Shown here one piece after another: positions 1 through 7,604 of a stretch of DNA of 32,000 bases. The position numbers and the translations under genes were made by a program. A model generated the notes under the pieces. The model was not told the DNA's origin. It searched no databases and worked only from the letters and a program-made list of their open reading frames with translations. Position 1 is the stretch's first letter. Each line of letters opens with the position of its first letter. The DNA is from Candidatus Saccharimonadota bacterium (GTDB taxonomy: Bacteria > Pseudomonadota > Gammaproteobacteria > Burkholderiales > Burkholderiaceae): NCBI RefSeq assembly GCF_016593155.1, contig NZ_AP023215.1, forward strand, positions 437,265-469,264, written 5' to 3'.

Positions 1-619
1 CAGTATTTTTATCTTCATTAAATAACTTTAATATATCAATATATTTTAATCCATTAATTGGATCTCCTCCAATTCCAACTGCTGAAGATTGTCCAAAACC
101 TAATTCAGTTAATTGGCAAACCACTTCATAAGTTAATGTTCCTGAGCGTGATACAACACCAATTCTACCTTTTTTATGAATATTTCCAGGCATAATTCCA
201 ATTTTTATTTCTTCAGGTGTAATTAAACCTGGGCAATTTGGGCCAAGTAATAATGTTTTACTATTATTTTTTTTCATTTTATTTTTTAAAATTAACATAT
301 CACGAACAGGAATACCTTCTGTAATACAAATAATTAATTCTAACTTAGATTCGATAGCTTCCCAAATAGCAGAAGCAGCAAAAATCGCCGGCACATAAAT
401 AACAGAGACTGTTGCCCCGGTTTCGTTTTTAGCATTTTTTACTGTATTAAAAATTGGAATTTCTTCAAATTTTTGACCATGTTTTTTGGGGTTAACTCCA
501 GCTACGAATGCCGTTTTACCATTTCCGTAATTAAGACATAAATGAGTATGAAATCGACCAGTTTTTCCTGTAATTCCTTGAGTAATAACTTTTGTATTTT
601 TTGTAATTAAGATTGACAT
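1..619 (-). CDS. sucD: succinyl-CoA ligase alpha subunit (5' part; runs off window edge)
   Basis: Absent from the ORF track because it is open at the window edge. Minus-strand translation from ATG 619..617 reads [91 protein letters not shown]..., colinear with E. coli SucD (MSILIDKNTKVICQGFTG...). It starts 9 nt after the sucC stop. Confidence 0.85.
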   Translation of the reverse strand, partial: MSILITKNTKVITQGITGKTGRFHTHLCLNYGNGKTAFVAGVNPKKHGQKFEEIPIFNTVKNAKNETGATVSVIYVPAIFAASAIWEAIESKLELIICITEGIPVRDMLILKNKMKKNNSKTLLLGPNCPGLITPEEIKIGIMPGNIHKKGRIGVVSRSGTLTYEVVCQLTELGFGQSSAVGIGGDPINGLKYIDILKLFNEDKNT

Positions 620-628
620 AAATATTTT

Positions 629-1819
629 TTATTTTAAATTATTATTTTTAGATATAAAAATAGCTTTTTTTACTGCTTCTTCTAAATTATTTACATTAAT
701 TATTGGTAAATTTGATTGAGTTAATATTTTTTTCCCAATATCTTCATTCGTTCCCTTCATTCGAACAATTAAAGGAATATCCAATAAAAGAGACTCAAAT
801 GCCGATATAATACCATGCGCAACTATATCACAACGAACAATTCCCCCAAAAATATTTACTAAAATAGCTTTTAAATTTTTTTGTTGTATCATAATTTTAA
901 ATGCTTTTATTATTGTTTTTATTGTTGCGTTACCTCCAATATCAAGAAAGTTAGCGGGCTCTCCTCCAAATAGTTTAATAGTATCCATTGTGGCCATAGC
1001 CAAACCAGCTCCATTAACTAAGCAACCGATATTACCATTTAAAGGTATATATGTTAAATCAAATTTTGATGCTTCTATTTCCATTAAATCTATTTTATTT
1101 ATGTTTTTTTTGTGAGCATATTGATAAGAAATTATTTCTGGATGCCGAAATAATGCATTTGTATCAAAGTTAAATTTAATATCTAAAGAAATTATTTTAT
1201 TTTTAGGGTTTATAATTAATGGATTAATTTCTAATAATAGCGCATCAGTTTCCCAATAAGTTTTATAAATTTTTTGTATTTCTTCGTAAAAATTTATTAA
1301 AGACCTTTTAGGTACAGAAATTTTTTTACTTATATTATCAATATTATTTTTTGTTAAACCAACCAATGGATCAATAATAGTTTTATATAATAATTCTGGA
1401 GAATTTTTAGAAATTATTTCAATATCCATCCCTCCTTTATTTGACCCTATAAATATTATATTTTGCTGAACCCTATCTGTCATAAAACTAATATATAATT
1501 CTTTTTTAATATCTATATATTCTTCAATTAATACACAAAAAACATTTTCACCTTTTTTATTGGTTTGAGATGTAATTAATTGCATTCCAAGAATTTTTTT
1601 TACATATTTTTTCACTTGTTCTAATGATTTTGCTAATTTAATCCCCCCGCATTTTCCCCGACCTCCTGCATGAATTTGTGCTTTTATAATCCAAGAATTT
1701 CCGCCTATTTTTTTAGCAGCGTTAATCGCTTCATTGACATTCATGCATAAAATACCTTGTGGAATAGTAACATTAAATTTACGAAGAATCTCTTTACCTT
1801 GATATTCATAAATATTCAT
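629..1819 (-). CDS. sucC: succinyl-CoA ligase beta subunit
   Basis: 396 aa. N-terminus MNIYEYQGKEILRKFNVTIPQG and AQIHAGGRGKCGGIKLA match the ATP-grasp SucC family. Immediately upstream of sucD. Confidence 0.95.
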   Translation of the reverse strand: MNIYEYQGKEILRKFNVTIPQGILCMNVNEAINAAKKIGGNSWIIKAQIHAGGRGKCGGIKLAKSLEQVKKYVKKILGMQLITSQTNKKGENVFCVLIEEYIDIKKELYISFMTDRVQQNIIFIGSNKGGMDIEIISKNSPELLYKTIIDPLVGLTKNNIDNISKKISVPKRSLINFYEEIQKIYKTYWETDALLLEINPLIINPKNKIISLDIKFNFDTNALFRHPEIISYQYAHKKNINKIDLMEIEASKFDLTYIPLNGNIGCLVNGAGLAMATMDTIKLFGGEPANFLDIGGNATIKTIIKAFKIMIQQKNLKAILVNIFGGIVRCDIVAHGIISAFESLLLDIPLIVRMKGTNEDIGKKILTQSNLPIINVNNLEEAVKKAIFISKNNNLK

Positions 1820-2738
1820 ATTTTATATTTTAATAATTAAATTTATAAAGAAAATATACCGGATGATAAATAGCGATCTTCTTTATCATATATAATGAAA
1901 ATAATAGTAGAATTTTTTATTTTTTTAATATTTTTAATTCTATCGCACATACTCCACCGTAGAAATACCACAAAAAACTTTCTTTTATTGTTAGTTTTCT
2001 TACCAAATATTCAACATTTTTTGATTAATAAATTCAATATGATCTATTCTTTTTTTTCATAAATTTTTAGAATATGATAATATAGATCATTTTATAATAC
2101 TAAGAATTTATGAATTTTTTTCTGGTTATATTCTAATAACCCATTCTAACTTTTGCTTGATCGCGCGCATATTTATGCTATAGGTTGTCATATTTTTTAA
2201 TCATTCTTTATTTAAATTTTCCAACATTAATAAAATTAATTTATATCCTCGTATAGTCCGATACCATTACTAATATAATATCAGTATTATCACTAGTTAA
2301 CTCAATTAATAATTAAAGTATTTCTTGTTTTTTCTTCTTCTTCTTTTTTCTGTTTTTAAAATTATAGATAATTTGGATCTATTTTTAATAGAGTTAGCTG
2401 GATTATTTTTTTTTATTTTTCCAAAAAATATTATTGCGATCTTGAGTGTTTTTCTCTCCAATATTTCTTAATTGAATTAATAGGGTATTCTAATGGTATT
2501 CAAGTATTAAATAAAGTATATTTAAAGATAATAAATTTGTAAAAAATTTATTAATTACTTGAAAAAAATAAATATTAAGTTACTCAATTTATAATAAAAT
2601 TTATTAAAGAAAAAATATTTTAATAAAAATTTTATATCGTTTTTTAAAAAATATATAAAATTTTTATTTTTTTTAGGTGTTTTTATATAGTAATTTTAAA
2701 ATTTATGATTATAAATAATAATAATATTATTTATAATA

Positions 2739-2811
<73 letters not shown>

Positions 2812-3302
2812 AAAAATTTTTTTGTAACTTAATTTTTACTATAACTAATATATTACTATAGTATCAAATTTTTTTTAAAGTATAAATAGTTTATTAAATA
2901 TTTTTTAAATAAATAAAAAAATAATTTTTATTGTTTTAAATATAATTAAATTTATTATTTTAATTTAAATTTTTAAATAATAATATTTTTCTTATTTATA
3001 GTAATTAGATAATAGGTAGTATATGTAATAAAAAAATTGAATTTATTTGTTTTTAATTAGTTATTTGCGATATAATAAAATTAACTTCATTAAATTAATC
3101 ATAAAAACATTAAAAGTAATAAATAAATGTATTTTTTAAAATTATAGATATTTATAAATTATTACAATAAATTTATTAAATATATATTATTATAATGGTA
3201 ATATATATTTAATATACTTACTGATTTTAAGTTTAAATTCTTTTAAAAATATTAATAAATTAATTATTTTGTGAGTTTATTTATTATAATTTAAATTTTA
3301 AG

Positions 3303-3375
3303 GAGGTGTTAGCTCAGTTGGTAGAGCAGCGGACTCTTAATCCGTAGGTCGAGTGTTCGAATCACTCACACCTCA
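3303..3375 (+). tRNA. tRNA-Lys(CTT), no encoded CCA
   Basis: GAGGTGT-TA-GCTC-AGTTGGTA-GAGC-A-GCGGA-CTCTTAA-TCCGT-AGGTC-GAGTG-TTCGAAT-CACTC-ACACCTC-A. Perfect 7-bp acceptor stem, anticodon CTT. Confidence 0.9.
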
Positions 3376-3376
3376 A

Positions 3377-3412
3377 TTTTATAATTTTTATAAGAAAATA
3401 AAAATTATAAAA
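3377..3412. terminator. A/T-only 14-bp perfect inverted repeat between convergent tRNA-Lys and rpoH (possible bidirectional terminator)
   Basis: TTTTATAATTTTTA (3377-3390) and TAAAAATTATAAAA (3399-3412) are exact reverse complements around an 8-nt loop. The structure overlaps the rpoH stop codon (3405-3407) and a T-run follows on the + strand. The stem contains no G-C pair, so its stability and function are uncertain. Confidence 0.25.
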
Positions 3413-4280
3413 TACTATTTTTTAATAAATTTTTCATTTTTTTAAAAGCAACTGTTTCAATTTGACGAATACGTTCTGCGGATACACTAAATTCTTTAGC
3501 TAATTCATGTAATGTAGAATTATTTTCATTAACTAACCAACGAGCTTTTACAATACGACGTGAACGTATATCTAATTTATTTAATGCACTTTTTAATTTT
3601 TTATTGTATTGTAATGATTCTATTATTTTTATTGGTTCAGTAGTTTCTAAAGATAAATAAAAAATTAAAGAAAGTTTATCATTATTATTAGATAAATAAT
3701 CCATTGTTATATCTTTTCCAGATAATCTTGTTTCCATTTCAATTACATCTTTTCGTTTTACGTCCAATGTTTCGGCTAGTAAATCTATTTGTTTTGAAGT
3801 CATTGAATTTAAATTTTCTTTATGATTGCGTAAATTAAAAAACAGTTTACGTTGTGATTTAGTGGTTGCTATTTTAACTAAACGACAATTTTTTAAAATA
3901 TATTCATGTATTTCAGCTCTAATCCAATGTATAGCATAAGATGCCAATCGAACACCTTGATCAGGGTTAAAGCGCTTAACCGCTTTCATTAAACCAATAT
4001 TTCCCTCTTGAATCAAATCAGAATGCAAAAAACTATAACCTAAATATTTTTTTGAAATTGAAACTACTAATCTTAAGTGAGATAATATTATTTTTTGTGC
4101 AGCATTTAAATTATTTTTTTTTTGTAAATCGTAAGCTAAAGATATTTCTTCATCATAAGATAATATTGGTAAATTATTTACTGTTTTAATATATTTGTCA
4201 ATATTACCTAAAGTACCAAAAAATTTACAAGCTAAATAACTATTATTAATAATAAGAGAATTATTAGTTGTGTATTTCAT
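3405..4280 (-). CDS. rpoH: RNA polymerase heat-shock sigma factor sigma-32
   Basis: 291 aa. Region 2 [37 protein letters not shown]. RpoH box QRKLFFNLR. Region 4 STLHELAKEFSVSAERIRQIE. Confidence 0.9.
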   Translation of the reverse strand: MKYTTNNSLIINNSYLACKFFGTLGNIDKYIKTVNNLPILSYDEEISLAYDLQKKNNLNAAQKIILSHLRLVVSISKKYLGYSFLHSDLIQEGNIGLMKAVKRFNPDQGVRLASYAIHWIRAEIHEYILKNCRLVKIATTKSQRKLFFNLRNHKENLNSMTSKQIDLLAETLDVKRKDVIEMETRLSGKDITMDYLSNNNDKLSLIFYLSLETTEPIKIIESLQYNKKLKSALNKLDIRSRRIVKARWLVNENNSTLHELAKEFSVSAERIRQIETVAFKKMKNLLKNSIL

Positions 4281-4398
4281 TAAAATTCCTTATTTTATAA
4301 AAAAATATTAATTTTTAGCTTTTAAAAAAATTTAATTATATATTTATAGTAAAATATATAGTAAGTTTATTTTTTATAAATTAGAAATTTATATTAAT

Positions 4399-4983
4399 TT
4401 AATATTTAGGGTTTAAATTTTTAGATTCACTCCATAATCTATTAAATTCTAGTAAAAATTTTTCAGAAACATTTGGTTTATTACGGAAATAAATTACATT
4501 CTCCGCATTACGATTCATTGCATTTTGTGTATAATTTAAGGATCCAGTTTCAACTGATTTATGATCAATAATTATAAATTTATTATGCATAATTGCATAA
4601 TTATTATTTAATCTTATTGGTATATTATTATTTGCTAAATAAGTTACGGCAGTATATTTTCCGCTATTAGCTTTTTTATCAGCAATTATTCGTATGTTAA
4701 TTCCTTTTTTATAAGACTTAACAAGAATTGTTGAGATATCTTTGTTTGTAAAAGAATATGCTGCAATTTCAATTGATTTTTTTGCTTCTTTAATTGCATT
4801 TAAAATGATTGTTTTTGCATTTCCTGGTGAAAATCCAACTTCTATATTATCATTATGATTAAAAATATTAGAATTACTAAAAATAGGTAATGTTAAAAAA
4901 AAAATTAAAAGAATAATTGTTATTTTTTTAATTATTTTATTTGGAAATGTTAAATTTTTAAATTTTTTATTTGAAATAAACAT
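4399..4983 (-). CDS. exported phospholipase-D-superfamily endonuclease (Nuc-like, single HKD motif)
   Basis: 194 aa. N-terminal hydrophobic signal/anchor (ITIILLIFFLTLPIFSNS). VGFSPGNA...AAYSFT, then HKD motif HNKFIIIDHKSVETGSLNYT (H-x-K-x4-D...GS-x-N). Size and motif order match the single-HKD Nuc nuclease family. Confidence 0.75.
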   Translation of the reverse strand: MFISNKKFKNLTFPNKIIKKITIILLIFFLTLPIFSNSNIFNHNDNIEVGFSPGNAKTIILNAIKEAKKSIEIAAYSFTNKDISTILVKSYKKGINIRIIADKKANSGKYTAVTYLANNNIPIRLNNNYAIMHNKFIIIDHKSVETGSLNYTQNAMNRNAENVIYFRNKPNVSEKFLLEFNRLWSESKNLNPKY

Positions 4984-5047
4984 TTTTATAATTTATAAAT
5001 TAATTTTATAAAAGATTTATTATATTATTCTTTGGGATTTATAAAAA

Positions 5048-5308
5048 TTATTTTGTAGTTTTTGATCCTATAGCTCCATATTTTCTTCTAAATTTTTCTA
5101 CACGTCCTGTTGTATCAATAATTTTATGTTTTCCTGTGTAAAATGGATGTGATTCTGATGAGATTTCAATTTTTACAAGAGGATATATTTTTCCTTGAAA
5201 TTTAATAGTATTAGATGTCTTAATAGTAGAGCGAATAATAAATTTAAAATCATTTGAAACATCATGAAAAAGTGTTTCTATATATTTTGGATGAATATTT
5301 TTTTTCAT
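5048..5308 (-). CDS. rpmE2: 50S ribosomal protein L31, type B (no zinc cysteines)
   Basis: 86 aa. MKKNIHPKY...[11 protein letters not shown]...[11 protein letters not shown]. Lacks the CxxC pairs of type A L31. Confidence 0.9.
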   Translation of the reverse strand: MKKNIHPKYIETLFHDVSNDFKFIIRSTIKTSNTIKFQGKIYPLVKIEISSESHPFYTGKHKIIDTTGRVEKFRRKYGAIGSKTTK

Positions 5309-5377
5309 ATTTTATAGGTATTTTTATAAGTATATAAGTTTATAAGACTTTAAATTAAAAAAGTATTTTGTATTTGT

Positions 5378-6601
5378 TTATCCTCGTTTCATCATATTAA
5401 AAAAATCATAGTTATTTTTTGTTGATTTCATTTTATCTAAAAAAAATTCCATTGCCTCCATTTCATCCATGCTATATAACAATTTTCGTAATACCCAAAT
5501 TTTTTGTAATTGATTATTTTTAATTAATAATTCTTCGCGACGAGTACCAGATTTATTTAAGTTTATGGCTGGATAAACTCTTTTTTCCGCTAAACGACGC
5601 TCTAAGTGAACTTCCATATTACCTGTTCCTTTAAATTCTTCATATATAACATCATCCATTCGACTACCGGTTTCAATTAATGCGGTTGCAATAATAGTTA
5701 ATGAACCACCTTCTTCAATATTTCGAGCTGCTCCAAAAAAACGTTTAGGCCTCTGTAATGCGTTAGCATCTACTCCTCCTGTAAGTACTTTTCCTGAAGC
5801 TGGAATAATGGTATTATAAGCGCGAGCTAATCTAGTTATTGAATCTAGTAAAATTATTACATCTTTTTTCATCTCAACCAAACGTTTGGCTTTTTCTAAA
5901 ACCATTTCAGCAACTTGTATATGACGATAAGCTGGTTCATCGAAGGTTGAGGCAATAACTTCTCCTTTTACGGAACGTTGCATTTCTGTGACTTCTTCAG
6001 GTCTTTCGTCAATTAACATTACAATCATTATAGCTTCTGAATGATTAGTGGTAATTGCATGAGCAATATGTTGTAATATTATAGATTTTCCAGATTTTGG
6101 TGACGCAACTAGTAAACCACGTTGACCTTTTCCGATTGGTGCTATTAAATCAATAATTCTTCCGGTAATATTTTCTTTACTTTCTATATTTCGCTCTAAT
6201 AATAATAATTGTTTTGGATGTAATGGAGTTAAATTTTCAAATAAAATTCTATTTTTTGAGGATTCCGGTTTTTCTCCATTAATTTTCTCTATTTTTATTA
6301 AAGCAAAATAACGTTCTCCATTCTTTGGAATTCTTACCTCACCTTCTACGAAATCTCCGGTATGTAAATTAAATCGACGTATTTGAGAAGGTGATAAATA
6401 TATATCATCTACAGAGGCCATATAATTACTATCCGGTGAGCGTAAAAACCCAAAACCATCTGGCAAAATTTCTAATGAACCATTACCAAATATTTGTTCT
6501 CCAGTTTTTGCTCTTTTTTTTAAAATTGCAAACATTAACTCCTGCTTACGTAAACGTGTGACATTATTAGCTTTTAAATCAAACGCTATTTTTAATACCA
6601 T
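5378..6601 (-). CDS. rho: transcription termination factor Rho
   Basis: 407 aa. [13 protein letters not shown] (RNA-binding domain), P-loop [33 protein letters not shown]. The N-terminus appears about 12 aa shorter than E. coli Rho (see findings). Confidence 0.95.
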   Translation of the reverse strand: MVLKIAFDLKANNVTRLRKQELMFAILKKRAKTGEQIFGNGSLEILPDGFGFLRSPDSNYMASVDDIYLSPSQIRRFNLHTGDFVEGEVRIPKNGERYFALIKIEKINGEKPESSKNRILFENLTPLHPKQLLLLERNIESKENITGRIIDLIAPIGKGQRGLLVASPKSGKSIILQHIAHAITTNHSEAIMIVMLIDERPEEVTEMQRSVKGEVIASTFDEPAYRHIQVAEMVLEKAKRLVEMKKDVIILLDSITRLARAYNTIIPASGKVLTGGVDANALQRPKRFFGAARNIEEGGSLTIIATALIETGSRMDDVIYEEFKGTGNMEVHLERRLAEKRVYPAINLNKSGTRREELLIKNNQLQKIWVLRKLLYSMDEMEAMEFFLDKMKSTKNNYDFFNMMKRG

Positions 6602-6739
6602 AAAACATGTTGGAATACTTTTAATTCATATAAATGTATATTTTCAAATTATTTTTAGGACCTATATAAATAATAGAATACTATTTTAATATAAGTATAC
6701 ATTAGATTTAACAATAATGTCCTAAATATTCAGTATATG

Positions 6740-7066
6740 TTAAATATTACTATCAATAAAAGAAATTAATTGATTTTTTGTTAAAGATCCTACTTTTTGC
6801 GCAATATTTTTTCCATTTTTAAATAAAATTAATGTTGGAATTCCTCGAATATTAAATTTTTCTGGAATAATTTTATTTAAATCAACATTTATTTTAATAA
6901 TTTTTATTTTATTTATGTATTCTTTACTAATTTCCTCAAGAATTATTGAAACTGTTTTACAAGGACTGCACCATTCTGCCCAGAAATCTACTAATACAGG
7001 TAAATTTGATTTTAATACATATTCATAGAAAGACGCATCATTAATATCTTGGATATATTTAATCAT
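6740..7066 (-). CDS. trxA: thioredoxin (variant CSPC active site)
   Basis: 108 aa, colinear with E. coli TrxA (VLVDFWAEWC-S-PCK, IRGIPTLILFKNG). The active-site dipeptide is SP rather than GP. Confidence 0.9.
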   Translation of the reverse strand: MIKYIQDINDASFYEYVLKSNLPVLVDFWAEWCSPCKTVSIILEEISKEYINKIKIIKINVDLNKIIPEKFNIRGIPTLILFKNGKNIAQKVGSLTKNQLISFIDSNI

Positions 7067-7110
7067 TATTTTTCCTAAGATTGAATTTATTTAATATATA
7101 AAATTTCAAA

Positions 7111-7428
7111 ATTATGTTATCTATTGTTTTATAATATTTATTAATTAAGAATTGTTTTTATTAATTAAGAATTATGTTATCTATTGTTTTATAATATTTA
7201 TTAATTAAGAATTGTTTTTATTAATTAAGAATTATGTTATCTATTGTTTTATAATATTTATTAATTAAGAATTATGTTATCTATTGTTTTATAATATTTA
7301 TTAATTAAGAATTGTTTTTATTAATTAAGATATTTTTTTATAATTTAATTGATTTTATATATTTTAATTAAGAATTGTTTTTATTAATTAAGATATTTTT
7401 TTATAATTTAATTGATTTTATATATTTT
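7111..7428. repeat. composite perfect tandem-repeat array (units A 40 nt, B 20 nt, C 35 nt)
   Basis: A = ATTATGTTATCTATTGTTTTATAATATTTATTAATTAAGA at 7111, 7171, 7231, 7271. B = ATTGTTTTTATTAATTAAGA at 7151, 7211, 7311, 7374. C = TATTTTTTTATAATTTAATTGATTTTATATATTTT at 7331 and 7394. All copies are identical by direct reading. TTAATTAAGA occurs 9 times. Confidence 0.95.
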
Positions 7429-7604
7429 TTATAATTTTTAAGGATTATATATATTCACAATTTTTGCGTATATATTCATAATTTTTATATATCTGTGTGA
7501 GTGTATACGTTTTTTTATTATTATAAAATATAAAGCTAAATTTTTTAAAATATTATTTTTATTCATATTTTTTACAAAAATATTAAATTTGAGTATTTAT
7601 ATCT

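Noticed and set aside
4114-4123. A10 homopolymer (T10 on the + strand) inside rpoH as a frameshift or slippage site
   Set aside because: The reading frame is intact across it (LQKKNN) and the protein is full length. It is slippage-prone in principle, but nothing is disrupted.
6626-6628. TGA read as Trp (genetic code 4), which would extend rho upstream
   Set aside because: None of the roughly 25 kb of conserved coding sequence here contains an in-frame TGA. Conserved Trp positions use TGG, e.g. both W in trxA WAEWC. A second in-frame TGA lies further upstream with no ATG between. The standard bacterial code fits.
7111-7310. Possible oriC: DnaA-box-like TTATCTATT in each A unit, an AT-rich region and divergent gene orientation
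   Set aside because: It matches the TTATCCACA consensus at only 6 of 9 positions, which is expected by chance in sequence this AT-rich. The rho-trxA/addBA context is not a known origin locus. Gene orientation switches again at 18.56 kb. I kept it only as a low-probability alternative to test with whole-genome GC skew.
7111-7428. Possible CRISPR array (regularly spaced direct repeats)
   Set aside because: The repeats abut each other or alternate with other repeated units, so there are no unique spacers. The unit lengths and A/T-only composition are unlike CRISPR repeats. No cas genes are nearby.
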